A stretch of 64,000 nt of DNA. Source: Methanocaldococcus sp. 16A. Lineage in GTDB: Archaea > AGJL01 > Methanococci > Methanococcales > Methanocaldococcaceae. Under the pieces are notes generated by a model. The model saw nothing but the letters and a program-made list of their open reading frames with translations, was not told the origin of the DNA and made no database searches. Positions 36,761 to 47,151 of this stretch are shown piece by piece. The stretch lies in assembly GCA_049860595.1 (NCBI GenBank), contig CP187551.1, one strand, 5' to 3'. Each line of letters opens with the position of its first letter. The first letter of the stretch is position 1. A program made the translations under genes and the position numbers.

Positions 36761-37072
36761 TTATGCATTTATATTTTTTATTTTTCCTCTCTTTCTTAGA
36801 ATTTCCTTTTTTATTTTTTCTCCACTAACTCTAAGTAAATTTGAAACACTTCTAGGAATTTTTCCATTATCAGAAAGTATTTTTGCAATAATGCTTGATA
36901 ATAAAAAGATGGCATATATATGCTCTGCTTTTGTTCTATGTATGTGATGTGGATAAATATTTAACTCATCATACTCTTTAAATTCGTTATTATCGCAATT
37001 ATATTTTTTTTCAATATATTTTCTTAAATAAATAAGGAGTTGATGTAATTGTATAAGTTCATCCTTATGCAT
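36761..37072 (-). CDS. UPF0058 family protein
   Basis: [22 protein letters not shown]. Confidence 0.85.
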   Translation of the reverse strand: MHKDELIQLHQLLIYLRKYIEKKYNCDNNEFKEYDELNIYPHHIHRTKAEHIYAIFLLSSIIAKILSDNGKIPRSVSNLLRVSGEKIKKEILRKRGKIKNINA

Positions 37073-38339
37073 TTAAATCACCAAAAGTTATAACTGCCAA
37101 ATTAACAGGCTTTTTTATAATTTTTGCATCCTTACAGAAAATTAAATTAGTTTTCTCATAAAGTATATCTATAAGCTTTTGATTAACAGTTCCATTAACT
37201 ATAATTGTATCAACGGTTTTATAGTTATCTATATTACTTATTAGTTCTTCAACACCAACAACCTCTTCTTTATCTCCAAAAATTATTAATGCTTCAGAAT
37301 CTTTTAATTTGTTGAACTTTTCATAAAACTTTCGATATTTCCTGAATTTTGGAGGTAGCTGTTCTATATCACTTGAGGACTTGCATTCATTACTAACCTC
37401 TATTTCATTAATGTCATTAGGGATTATGTTTGTTTCTGCCTTTGTTTCTGGTATTATTTGAACCTCTATATTTTTAATATCTTCTTTGCATATAATTTTT
37501 TCATCAACTTTTTGCTTATCTTTTAATATTTGACTTAATATATGTTCAGCAGGGATTTTGCTTCTTAAGCATTTCATTATTTCTTTTTTAGATAACTCTT
37601 CAACTTCTTTTCCTTGAGGAGCTCTTGCTATAAAATCAACATCACAAACTTGCAATAGCTCTTTTAAAATTAGTTCTCCTCCTCTATCACCATCTGTAAA
37701 GACAGTTACTATCTTTTTCTTACTAAGCTCTATAATGGTTTTTGGAACTGAAGTTCCCTCAACAGCTATCACATTTTTAATACCACATCTCAATAAATTG
37801 AGAACATCAGCTCTCCCCTCAACAATTATAATATCGTCTGAGCTATCAACTGCAGGACCTGCAGGAAGTTTTTCAGGTCCATACTCAATAATTTCTCCCA
37901 TCCTTACGCTTTCTTTAACTTCTTCAACAATTGTATTTACATCAATATTGCTCATTAACTGCTTTAATATTTCTTTAGCTCTCTCAACTATGTATTCCCT
38001 CTTTTTCTTCCTGACATCTTCAATATCTATTACTTTAACTGTTGCTACACACGGCCCTACTCTATCTATTGTTTCTAAGGTAGCAGCTAATATTGAGGTT
38101 TCAATTCTATCTAAACTTGATGGGACTGTTATCTTAGCTATTGACTTTCCATTAATATTGGTTAGCTCAACATCTATTCTTCCAACTCTTCCCGTCTTTT
38201 GTAGCTCTCTTAAATCTAATTCATCCCCCAACAGTCCCTCTGTCTGCCCAAATATTGCTCCAATGACATCATGTTTTTCAACGTAACCATCAGCGATGAG
38301 CTCGGCATAAATGATATACTTAGTAGTTCCTAAATCCAT
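37065..38339 (-). CDS. dnaG: Archaeal DnaG-like TOPRIM protein
   Basis: [22 protein letters not shown]; ATG 38339 after GGTGA. Confidence 0.93.
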   Translation of the reverse strand: MDLGTTKYIIYAELIADGYVEKHDVIGAIFGQTEGLLGDELDLRELQKTGRVGRIDVELTNINGKSIAKITVPSSLDRIETSILAATLETIDRVGPCVATVKVIDIEDVRKKKREYIVERAKEILKQLMSNIDVNTIVEEVKESVRMGEIIEYGPEKLPAGPAVDSSDDIIIVEGRADVLNLLRCGIKNVIAVEGTSVPKTIIELSKKKIVTVFTDGDRGGELILKELLQVCDVDFIARAPQGKEVEELSKKEIMKCLRSKIPAEHILSQILKDKQKVDEKIICKEDIKNIEVQIIPETKAETNIIPNDINEIEVSNECKSSSDIEQLPPKFRKYRKFYEKFNKLKDSEALIIFGDKEEVVGVEELISNIDNYKTVDTIIVNGTVNQKLIDILYEKTNLIFCKDAKIIKKPVNLAVITFGDLNA

Positions 38340-38498
38340 GATAATCACCAGTAATAGTTCTACCGGTCTCATGAGTGAGAGTAATCTCACAATATCTAAC
38401 ATATCTAATAGAACAAATCAAAGTATAAAAAATTATTTTTATTTTGGTGCTCTTTCTTATACTTAGAATATTAAATTAAAATATTTAACACAATAAAA

Positions 38499-38514
38499 CC
38501 GAAAAGTATATATA
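38499..38514 (+). promoter_or_regulatory. BRE + TATA of the tRNA-Gly operon
   Basis: CCGAAAAG TATATATA upstream of the tRNA pair. Confidence 0.8.
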
Positions 38515-38557
38515 GTAGTTCTACGTATGTTATTCTTGCTTACAACCGCTCAAATGA

Positions 38558-38633
38558 GCGGCCTTGGTGTAGCCTGGTAACACACGGGCCTGCCACGCCC
38601 GGACCCCGGGTTCAAATCCCGGAGGCCGCACCA
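38558..38633 (+). tRNA. tRNA-Gly (GCC)
   Basis: Cloverleaf; acceptor GCGGCCT/AGGCCGC; anticodon arm CGGGC-CTGCCAC-GCCCG; TTCAAAT T-loop; encoded CCA. Confidence 0.97.
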
Positions 38634-38667
38634 CTGGCTTTAATTAGCCAGGGCTTGATTTGGACAT

Positions 38668-38743
38668 GCGCCGGTGGTGTAGCCTGGTATCACTCTGGCC
38701 TTCCAAGCCAGCGACCCGGGTTCAAATCCCGGCCGGCGCACCA
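38668..38743 (+). tRNA. tRNA-Gly (TCC)
   Basis: Acceptor GCGCCGG/CCGGCGC; anticodon arm CTGGC-CTTCCAA-GCCAG; encoded CCA. Confidence 0.97.
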
Positions 38744-38818
38744 TAATTTATTTTTTTATTTTACTTCCATATATTCATAAAATTAAATTAATAAATTTAA
38801 AATTTTTTCCGTGAGATT

Positions 38819-39499
38819 ATGAGGGTTTATTTAAGACTACATTTGGATATTCCAAAAGAAGTTTGTAAAAGCTTAGAGGTTGATAATTACATTAATGAGG
38901 ATATTGAAATTAATTTAAAATGTGAGAAAAAGCCTATATTGTATATTAAAACTCGTTCTATAGGTTCTTTAAAATCAATATTGGATGATTTCTTTAGATG
39001 TTTAAATGCTGGAATGGAAATCTATGGCATAACAAAAAATTATCTAATAAGGAATGTAACTAAGGATGATTTAAATAAGTTTTTAGAGTTATACTATAAG
39101 GCATATAGAGGTTTTGATAAATATTATTATAAAAAGAAAAAATGGGCAAGATGGTATTTTAAATGGTTGATGAGGAGAGATGAAGATGGATTTTTTGTAT
39201 ATGAAATGGAAGGAAAGCCCATTGGTTTTGTAGCCTGTGATTGCAATTGGATTAGTAATATAGAAAAAAGAGAAGTAGCTGAAATTCATGAAATATTTGT
39301 TGCCCCAGATTTTAGAGGAAAAGGAATTGGAACCGCTTTAATAAACAAAGCTATTGAATATGCCAAGAAAAGAGGAAGAAATATTGTAGAGTTGTGGGTT
39401 GGGGTTGAGAATAAAAAGGCAATTGAATTTTATAAAAAGTTGGGATTTGAGGAGAAAGAAGTAGTTAAAGAATGGCTAAGGATGGTAAAGAGGATTTAA
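38819..39499 (+). CDS. Pcc1-like domain fused to GNAT N-acetyltransferase
   Basis: N-terminal SLEVDN...SLKSILDDFFRCL (Pcc1-like); C-terminal V.PDFRGKGIG, N..AI.FYKKLGF. Confidence 0.8.
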   Translation: MRVYLRLHLDIPKEVCKSLEVDNYINEDIEINLKCEKKPILYIKTRSIGSLKSILDDFFRCLNAGMEIYGITKNYLIRNVTKDDLNKFLELYYKAYRGFDKYYYKKKKWARWYFKWLMRRDEDGFFVYEMEGKPIGFVACDCNWISNIEKREVAEIHEIFVAPDFRGKGIGTALINKAIEYAKKRGRNIVELWVGVENKKAIEFYKKLGFEEKEVVKEWLRMVKRI

Positions 39500-39618
39500 T
39501 TAATACTTTTTTAAATTTGTTGTTTTTTAAATTTTTATTTTTAATGGAGGATTAACTTTAAATATAAAAAATTTATTTTATCATTTTTACTATTGATAAT
39601 TAGGACATGGTGATATAG

Positions 39619-40839
39619 ATGAGAAATATAATCGTAAAAAAATTAGATATTGAGCCAATTGAGGAAAGACCTGTTGAAATTGTTGAAAGAAAGGGTTTAG
39701 GACATCCAGATTCAATTTGTGATGGTATAGCTGAGAATGTTAGTAGGGCTTTATGTAAGATGTATATAGAAAAGTTTGGAACTATTTTGCATCACAACAC
39801 AGACCAAGTTGAGCTTGTAGGAGGGCATGCTCATCCTAAATTTGGAGGAGGAGTAATGGTAAGTCCTATTTACATTTTATTATCAGGAAGAGCTACCATG
39901 GAAATTTTAGATAAAGAGAAAAATGAAGTTATAAAGCTCCCAGTAGGGACAACAGCAATCAAAGCAGCTAAGGAATATTTAAAGAAGGTTTTAAGAAATA
40001 TTGATGTTGATAAAGATATAATTATTGACTGTAGAATTGGACAAGGAAGTATGGATTTAGTTGATGTCTTTGAAAGGCAAAAAAATGAAGTTCCTTTAGC
40101 TAACGATACATCATTTGGTGTTGGTTACGCTCCATTATCAACAACAGAGAGGTTAGTTTTAGAAACAGAGAGATTTTTAAATAGTGATGAATTGAAGAAA
40201 GAAATTCCAGCAGTAGGAGAGGATATAAAAGTTATGGGTTTAAGAGAAGGAAAGAAAATAACTTTAACAATTGCTATGGCTGTTGTAGATAAGTATGTTA
40301 AAAATATTGAGGAATATAAAGAGGTTATTAAGAAAGTAAAAGAAAAAGTTGAAGAGTTAGCTAAAAAGATAGCTGATGGATATGAGGTTGAGATAAATAT
40401 AAACACCGCAGATGACTACGAAAGAGAAAGTGTTTATTTAACAGTTACCGGAACCTCTGCAGAAATGGGAGATGATGGTTCAGTAGGAAGAGGGAATAGA
40501 GTTAATGGATTAATAACTCCATTTAGACCTATGAGTATGGAGGCTGCAAGTGGTAAAAACCCAGTAAATCATGTAGGTAAGATTTATAACATCTTAGCTA
40601 ACTTAATAGCAAATGATATAGCTAAGTTGGAAGGAGTTAAGGAGTGTTATGTAAGAATATTGAGTCAAATAGGTAAGCCAATAAATGAGCCAAAGGCATT
40701 AGATATAGAGATTATAACTGAAAATGGTTATGATATAAAAGATATTGAGCCAAAGGCAAAAGAAATTGCTAATAAATGGTTAGATAATATTATGGAAGTT
40801 CAAAAAATGATTGTTGAAGGTAAAGTAACTACATTCTAA
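39619..40839 (+). CDS. mat: Archaeal S-adenosylmethionine synthetase
   Basis: [30 protein letters not shown]. Confidence 0.96.
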   Translation: MRNIIVKKLDIEPIEERPVEIVERKGLGHPDSICDGIAENVSRALCKMYIEKFGTILHHNTDQVELVGGHAHPKFGGGVMVSPIYILLSGRATMEILDKEKNEVIKLPVGTTAIKAAKEYLKKVLRNIDVDKDIIIDCRIGQGSMDLVDVFERQKNEVPLANDTSFGVGYAPLSTTERLVLETERFLNSDELKKEIPAVGEDIKVMGLREGKKITLTIAMAVVDKYVKNIEEYKEVIKKVKEKVEELAKKIADGYEVEININTADDYERESVYLTVTGTSAEMGDDGSVGRGNRVNGLITPFRPMSMEAASGKNPVNHVGKIYNILANLIANDIAKLEGVKECYVRILSQIGKPINEPKALDIEIITENGYDIKDIEPKAKEIANKWLDNIMEVQKMIVEGKVTTF

Positions 40840-40876
40840 CTCTAAAAAATAAAAATAATTTTTTTTAATTTTTATT

Positions 40877-41644
40877 TTATCCAATGTATCTTAAATCTTC
40901 TTCACTTGGTGGTTTTGCTTGAGCCGCTTTTAACATTTCTTCTTCAAACTTCTTAATCTTTTCAATAAACTGCTCCATGCCCTTAGCTCTTTTCTCTAAC
41001 TCTGTCATATCAACTTCTATATTTTCAAGTTTGCAGAACTTTTCTAAAACAGCTTTTGCAGCATTTGGGTCTATTAAATAGCCAGGGGTTTCTCCCATTA
41101 GGCAAATTCCTGGAATTCCATTTAAGTCTGCAAACATTAGCATTAAACCAGCAGCTCCAACAATACCTCCTCCATCTGTTCTGAATAAAATTCCATGCTC
41201 TTTAAGTTTTTCAGCAAGCTCTTTTGATGTTGTAGCTCCATAAACTTTAATTTCTTCACATAACTTTCCTACACCAAAACCTCCCAACGTATAGACAAAG
41301 TTAGCCCCATACTCTATGCCTATTTTAACAATCTCCTCAGCTAAGTGGTATTGACCAATTGGAGATAAAGCTTGAGTATTTCCTAAAACAACAATCATTG
41401 GTTTTGGCTCTTTTATTGCATAGAATTCAGCACACATATACTCTATGGTTCCATCATCCTTAACTAAAACTTGTGGTGGAAAGTCATAGCAAAATAACTC
41501 TAAAAATTTCTCACCATTAAATTCATGAACTAAATGCTCAGCAGCCAACCTACCAACGTGTCCAATTCCTGGCAATCCTTCAATTAATAAAGCATCTTTT
41601 AAAGGTTCAATATCTTTTATTTTCCTTGTAATGATTTTGACCAT
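40877..41644 (-). CDS. PAC2 family proteasome assembly chaperone-like protein
   Basis: EGLPGIGHVG, TLGG, GETPG; C-terminal RYIG. Confidence 0.88.
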   Translation of the reverse strand: MVKIITRKIKDIEPLKDALLIEGLPGIGHVGRLAAEHLVHEFNGEKFLELFCYDFPPQVLVKDDGTIEYMCAEFYAIKEPKPMIVVLGNTQALSPIGQYHLAEEIVKIGIEYGANFVYTLGGFGVGKLCEEIKVYGATTSKELAEKLKEHGILFRTDGGGIVGAAGLMLMFADLNGIPGICLMGETPGYLIDPNAAKAVLEKFCKLENIEVDMTELEKRAKGMEQFIEKIKKFEEEMLKAAQAKPPSEEDLRYIG

Positions 41645-41674
41645 AAGGTATCACCTTTTATTTATTTATTGTCT

Positions 41675-42304
41675 TTAGAGTTTTTTATATGTTTTTGCAA
41701 ATTTCCTTATAAATGTTATTTCATCAATTCCAATATTTAGTTTTTCTCTTATGATTTTTGCAATCCTTCCCTCTCCAAATAATAAAGCTACAGCTCCTGT
41801 GAAGTTTTTTGTAGTTCTTTTTTCCTTAGCTTTATCAAAGTCAATGATGTAAGTTTTTTTATCAGTTACCAAAAAATGCCTCCCCCCTTGTATTTCTTTA
41901 TGTTCAATTCCAAGCATATCAAGTTTTAATGTTATTCTTAAGATATCTTCAACTACTTTTAATAATCTATCATTATCTAATTTATTAACGGCTGATTTTA
42001 GCTCCTCACCATCTATAAACTCCATAATTAAGTAATCATTATCAAACTCATAAACCTTTGGAGCAATATTGTATTTTTCTAAGAGCTTTAAAATTCTTGC
42101 TTCATTTAATATGGTGTTTTTTGGACTGTCTGTTCTTGGAATTTTTATAGCTACTTCTTTATTATTGTAGATTCCTTTTAATACAACCCCTCTATGCCCT
42201 TTTCCTAAAACATCTATAATTTCAACTCCTTTATCTTCTAACTTATTTATTACATTTTTATTTAAAATATTTTCTGGTATTTTTTTAAGGATTTCTTTTT
42301 TAAT
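41675..42304 (-). CDS. RIO/Bud32-like Ser/Thr kinase (COG2112-like), non-canonical start (ATT 42304 or ATA 42310)
   Basis: Frame extends 93 codons upstream of the track ORF through LGKGHRGVV, VAIK and E of helix C; IDFD; no ATG/GTG/TTG before an in-frame TAA. Confidence 0.82.
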   Translation of the reverse strand: MKKEILKKIPENILNKNVINKLEDKGVEIIDVLGKGHRGVVLKGIYNNKEVAIKIPRTDSPKNTILNEARILKLLEKYNIAPKVYEFDNDYLIMEFIDGEELKSAVNKLDNDRLLKVVEDILRITLKLDMLGIEHKEIQGGRHFLVTDKKTYIIDFDKAKEKRTTKNFTGAVALLFGEGRIAKIIREKLNIGIDEITFIRKFAKTYKKL

Positions 42305-42911
42305 TGTTATCCCCTCCCATATATTTGATTATTCCATACAAAGCATAGATTAAGCATAACAATAAAGCAAAGTGTGGAATGCCAATAATAGCTAAGATTA
42401 AAGAGAAAGCAAATAAACAAATAAATGCCTTCTTAGGATATTTTGGATATCTTATATCACTAATCATCAAAAGTCCTATTAATATAGCCAATATTGAATT
42501 TATTATATGGCTGTTAATTAATTGGCAGAATCCAACGAGCAATAAAGCTCCTGCTGGAATAGGTAAGCCAATAAACCCTTTAACATTTAAAATTCCAAAC
42601 CTTGCCAATCTTAAAGCTCCACAGAGGCAGAATATTATTGCTGATATTAATGTTAAAGTAGATTCAAAGTTATTGTATAATAGATAAGCAGGTGCTACAC
42701 CAAAGCTAACAACATCTGAAATACTGTCAAGCTCAGCCCCAAAGTCAGAAACGGTATTTGTTTTCCTCGCAACAAAACCATCTAAGGAATCAAAGATTAT
42801 TGAAAGGTAGATTAATGAAAAGCTGTTTAATAGTATAGCTAAAAGCCCAGTTATAATATTTAACATTGTTACATAGTCAGATATTGTTATTATCTTCCTT
42901 ATACTAAACAT
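42300..42911 (-). CDS. pssA: Archaetidylserine synthase (CDP-alcohol phosphatidyltransferase)
   Basis: DSLDG.VAR...G..LDS.SD.VSFG.AP, LRLARF, GLPIP. Confidence 0.92.
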   Translation of the reverse strand: MFSIRKIITISDYVTMLNIITGLLAILLNSFSLIYLSIIFDSLDGFVARKTNTVSDFGAELDSISDVVSFGVAPAYLLYNNFESTLTLISAIIFCLCGALRLARFGILNVKGFIGLPIPAGALLLVGFCQLINSHIINSILAILIGLLMISDIRYPKYPKKAFICLFAFSLILAIIGIPHFALLLCLIYALYGIIKYMGGDNN

Positions 42912-42930
42912 ATTTTCCCTTTTTAAAATT

Positions 42931-44937
42931 TTATTTCCTTTCTAATTTCCTTTTTATTGCTATAAATAAACTACCTAACAAAATTAATGAGATGATTCTT
43001 ATAAGCCATTCCCAATAATATAGTAAAGAATCATTATCTTTTATTCCTAATTGGAAAAATGCTCTTAATGTATCAAATAAATATTCAATGTAAGAATGTT
43101 CTAAAAGTCCTTTAGAATTATACTCCCAAACTAAAAATGGTATTGGAAACATGAATATAAAAAATATCATCCACCCAAATGGTCTGAACATTGATTCTCC
43201 ATAATCAGATAATTCTCCATATATGGATATAACAAATTTTTCAAAAATATTTACATTTTCCTTTATTAATTCCATTTCTTTTTTAAATAACTCTGATGCT
43301 TCAATATAAGTTCTATTGTTTTCAAAAGATAGTCTTAAACTTCTATATTCTGCAATGACTATATTATAATTTAAATCTAAATAAGATTCAAGATATTCTA
43401 GTGATTTTTTAATTTCATTTAATAATTCATTTTCGATTATCCCTTTTTCTTTAAATTTTAAAAGTTTATGTGTTAAAGTTTCTTCCGCTTTTTCTGTTAT
43501 TAATATTTCACTAACATCTGTCATTAAAAACGAAGTTTTAGATAGTGGGAAATTTATTATTTTTGAATGTTTATTCCCAAATGCTACTTTATTAAAAATT
43601 GCTATTCCTTTATACGGATTTTTCTTCTTAAAAAAAGTTATTTCTTCAAAAATGGTTTCTGAAAATATTAATAAATCAAATGAAATGTCTGTAAATTTAG
43701 CTATTGAATCAAATGTTAATTTTTCAAATATTGCTATATTAAAAGTTGAATAACTGAAATCAACTTCTTTTTTAAAAACAGAACTTCCAAAATTAACTTC
43801 TCCATTAAATTCAGCATCTTTGAAATAAGCTTCTTTCTCAAAAGTTGCATGAATAAAATGAACTTTTCCGTTAAATGATGCGAAACTAAACTGAACATAG
43901 TTTTTAAATGTAGTATTACTAAAATCAGTTTTTCCATCATTTATATTAAATTCAGCTTCCCTAAAATCTGCTACATCGTTAAATATGGCTTCATCAAAAT
44001 TAACCTTTTTTTTAAATTTAGTTTTGTAGAAGTTAGCTTTCCCTTTAAAAGTAGCTTTCTTAAAATTAGCTTCTTCTTCAAATACGGCATTGTCAAAATT
44101 AACTTCTTTTTCAAATGTAGTATTGCCAAACTCTGCACATCCCCCAAATACTGAATAATAACTAAAATCAACATCTCCTCCAAATGTTGAACCACTAAAA
44201 TAAACTTTCCGTTTAAAATTCAAATTCCGAAAACTAACATTTTTTTCAAATATTGAATTGTTAAAATCCAATACATCTTCAAATATTAAATTCCCAAAAT
44301 GCACAAATCCTCTAAAAGTTGAGTAATTAAAATCAACTTTATTTTTAAATACTATTAAACCTATAAAATAGACATTTTTCTCAAAAATTGAGTCAGTAAA
44401 ATTAATTTTACCTTTAATTATCAAATTATCTTGTGTATTCACTTTTTCAAAATACACATTCTTTTTAAATATTGATTTATAAAAAATGACATCTTTTATA
44501 AATATTGAATCTATAATATTAACTTCTCCATGAATTTCTGAAAATCTGAAATCAACATCTTCTTCAAATGTGGATTCTATGAAATTAACACTCTTAAATG
44601 CTATTTTAATAAATAACACTTCCAGATTTTCTATTTTTTGGTTGTACATTGTAAATTTACCACGGAATTTAACATTATGAAAACTAAGGTCTATATAAAC
44701 ATTTATAGTAATTGTGCTTCTGGGTATAGTTGTATCATTATCTTTTTCTTTGGAAATTAGTTTTTTTAATTTCTCATCGCCCTTAATTCTTTCATAAATA
44801 TCTATAATATCAATATCTCCTTCAACAATACAATTTTTTAACTTAAAAATTTTATTATTACTTTTCAAAGCATCAATAAACATATCATAAAACTCTCCAA
44901 TAATCTCCCCCGTCTCTTTATCAATAACTTTTACCAT
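42931..44937 (-). CDS. Pentapeptide-repeat protein with C-terminal membrane domain
   Basis: Many F.x.x.V.x.F (e.g. NAVFEEEANF) repeats; SDYGES..RP followed by hydrophobic segments. Confidence 0.85.
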   Translation of the reverse strand: MVKVIDKETGEIIGEFYDMFIDALKSNNKIFKLKNCIVEGDIDIIDIYERIKGDEKLKKLISKEKDNDTTIPRSTITINVYIDLSFHNVKFRGKFTMYNQKIENLEVLFIKIAFKSVNFIESTFEEDVDFRFSEIHGEVNIIDSIFIKDVIFYKSIFKKNVYFEKVNTQDNLIIKGKINFTDSIFEKNVYFIGLIVFKNKVDFNYSTFRGFVHFGNLIFEDVLDFNNSIFEKNVSFRNLNFKRKVYFSGSTFGGDVDFSYYSVFGGCAEFGNTTFEKEVNFDNAVFEEEANFKKATFKGKANFYKTKFKKKVNFDEAIFNDVADFREAEFNINDGKTDFSNTTFKNYVQFSFASFNGKVHFIHATFEKEAYFKDAEFNGEVNFGSSVFKKEVDFSYSTFNIAIFEKLTFDSIAKFTDISFDLLIFSETIFEEITFFKKKNPYKGIAIFNKVAFGNKHSKIINFPLSKTSFLMTDVSEILITEKAEETLTHKLLKFKEKGIIENELLNEIKKSLEYLESYLDLNYNIVIAEYRSLRLSFENNRTYIEASELFKKEMELIKENVNIFEKFVISIYGELSDYGESMFRPFGWMIFFIFMFPIPFLVWEYNSKGLLEHSYIEYLFDTLRAFFQLGIKDNDSLLYYWEWLIRIISLILLGSLFIAIKRKLERK

Positions 44938-45046
44938 TCCCCCACCTAATTTTAATAATCTTTATATCCTACATAAAACATAATTTATCTTAAATTTTTA
45001 TTTAATTGTTGTAATATATCAATTTTCCTATTTAATTGGTGGAAAT

Positions 45047-45938
45047 ATGAGATACATGAAAATTATCATTCCAAAAAAAATTTCTAAATACTGTTGAAGA
45101 AATCTTAAAAAAGAATAATGCTTACTCAATATCAATAATTGAGCCATTAAAAACATCAATAGAAGATGGAATTATAATAACATGCAATGCAAAGGCGAAA
45201 GATGCAGAAAAAATAGTCTTAGAGTTAAAAAAATTAGGTTTAGGAGAGAAAGGGCATGGTAGTGTGACAATAATGCCAGCTAATATAACTTTCTCATGTA
45301 GAGAAGAAGGAATGGCTTCAACTACATTATCTCCTTTAGAACTCTACTATAAAGCAAAAACTATGGTTAAAATAACAAAAAATGTTTTAATTAAAGTTGT
45401 GTTGGCAAGTATAATGGGAGTTATTGGGTTGATAGAGCATAACATCCCTACATTAATTGGGGCTATGATTATCGCTCCCTTAGTAGATACTGTTATGGGT
45501 AGTGCAATAGGAACAGTCTTAGGAGATAAAAAGCTATTTATTGATGGAATGAAAAAAGAATTAATTTGTTCTGGTGTTGTTATAATATGTGCATTTATAC
45601 CAAGTTTGTTCTTTGTCTCAAAGGATTTGGTTTTAGAATACCTCTCAGAGACATCAATAATATTAAGTGCAATTGTAGCAATTATTGCTGGGATTTCAGG
45701 GGGAATAAGTATTGCTAGTGGAAAAGAGTATGAAATAATTGGAGTTACCATAGATGTTTCAATATTAATCCCAGCTCTATTAATGGGAATGGCTTTGGCA
45801 ACAATGGATATGAATCTAATTTATATAACCTTCATTCTATTGATTATAAATATAGTGTTGTTAGATATTGGTGGATACATTGGATTAAAATACAAAGTAG
45901 GAAAAGTAGATAAAAAGATGATAAAAACCAGAACCTAA
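45047..45938 (+). pseudogene. TIGR00341/DUF389-family membrane protein, frameshifted at the A8 run 45073-45080
   Basis: ATG 45047 [11 protein letters not shown]; removing one A gives FLNTVEEIL... continuous with the track ORF (IGAMIIAP motif). Confidence 0.75.
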
Positions 45939-45946
45939 AAATTTAA

Positions 45947-45997
45947 AATAGGACTTTTGCACTTTATTTTAATATTTATTCCTGCGAAAGTCTTATT
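45947..45997. repeat. Short palindromic/MITE-like element, internally deleted copy
   Basis: AATAGGACTTTTGCA / TGCGAAAGTCTTATT. Confidence 0.8.
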
Positions 45998-46709
45998 AAA
46001 AAATCTTCTGCATAATCAACTTAAATAAAATCTTAAATCCAGTTATTACATTGGTTCCTCTACTCATTGAATATTCAGTATAGATAGTTTTTATTGGCAC
46101 TTCTTTTAATTTTAAATTGTTTTTCTTAGCTAAAATTATAAATTCAGATGAAACCTCATATCTGTCACTTTTCAAATCATCTATTATCTTTTTAGCAGCT
46201 TCATAAGAGAAAGCCCTCAAACCACTTTGGCTGTCTGTTACAAAATAACCTCCCATTAAGTAGGTTATAAAGTTTAATCCAAAATTTCCTATTCTTTTAA
46301 CTAAAGGCATGTTTTTTAACTCATTTTTGTCCATCATTCTACTTCCTACAACAAAATCATAGCCATCTAAGATGGGTTTAACTACCTTCTCAACGTCCTT
46401 AGGATGATGTTGTCCATCGGCATCAAAGGTTACAATAATCTTTGGTTTATAAAGTAGAGCACATTTAATCCCAGTCCCTAAAGCTCCCCCTAATCCTCTA
46501 TTCAAAATATGTCTACATACAATAACATTCTCTTTTTTAGCTATCTCTGAAGTTTTATCCATTGAGCCATCATCGACAACAATTATATTTTTATATCCTT
46601 CTCTTTTTAAATTTCTTAAAGTTTCTCCAATCATCTTTTCTTCATTAAATGCAGGAATGACAATAAATATTTCATCCTTATTAATTTGGCTGTTTTGCTT
46701 TTGATTCAT
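45996..46709 (-). CDS. Glycosyltransferase family 2 (DPM-synthase-like)
   Basis: IPAFNEE, VDDGS, DADGQH, DSQSG. Confidence 0.92.
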   Translation of the reverse strand: MNQKQNSQINKDEIFIVIPAFNEEKMIGETLRNLKREGYKNIIVVDDGSMDKTSEIAKKENVIVCRHILNRGLGGALGTGIKCALLYKPKIIVTFDADGQHHPKDVEKVVKPILDGYDFVVGSRMMDKNELKNMPLVKRIGNFGLNFITYLMGGYFVTDSQSGLRAFSYEAAKKIIDDLKSDRYEVSSEFIILAKKNNLKLKEVPIKTIYTEYSMSRGTNVITGFKILFKLIMQKIF

Positions 46710-46962
46710 TATTTCCACCTATTACCTTACAAAATGCCAAAGCCCCAACAACTCCGCATATAAAGATAGCTAAAGCAATAGTATTCGCAAACGCTATATT
46801 ATATTTTTGTGAAATAACAACAATCAAAGTCCCAATAACAACAGTTAGCAAAGATTCTCCAATTAAAACATTAGAGGTACCTTTTTTAAAAGATAATCTT
46901 AAACCTACCAATGCTGAAAAGCTTAAGGCAATAATTGCAAACAACCAAACCAATGTATTCAT
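46681..46962 (-). CDS. MnhF/MrpF-like small membrane protein (possible Ehb hydrogenase subunit)
   Basis: Three hydrophobic helices, IALA..GVVGALAF pattern. Confidence 0.6.
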   Translation of the reverse strand: MNTLVWLFAIIALSFSALVGLRLSFKKGTSNVLIGESLLTVVIGTLIVVISQKYNIAFANTIALAIFICGVVGALAFCKVIGGNNESKAKQPN

Positions 46963-46968
46963 AACTTA

Positions 46969-47139
46969 TCACCAATAATATTTTATCATTAAAATTATAA
47001 ATATTACTGCCCCAATAAACACTGCTAACCAAACCCATATATTTAGAATAAATAAAAATTTAAAAATTTTCTCTCTCTTATCAGGGTCATTTAAAAGCTT
47101 TTTTATTGGGTCTTTTCCATAGTATTTTTTTCTTTTCAT
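46969..47139 (-). CDS. 56-aa single-TM small protein; absent from ORF track
   Basis: MKRKKYYGKDPIKKLLNDPDKREKIFKFLFILNIWVWLAVFIGAVIFIILMIKYYW; GTGA SD; fills the operon gap exactly. Confidence 0.75.
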   Translation of the reverse strand: MKRKKYYGKDPIKKLLNDPDKREKIFKFLFILNIWVWLAVFIGAVIFIILMIKYYW

Positions 47140-47151
47140 AGCTATCACTTT

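Noticed and set aside
38547-38651. Short hairpins in the tRNA leader and spacer
   Set aside because: Ordinary precursor structure; no att-site duplication or integrase near the tRNAs
43734-44195. Alternative-frame ORFs inside the pentapeptide gene
   Set aside because: Artefact of repetitive Phe/Asn/Lys codons
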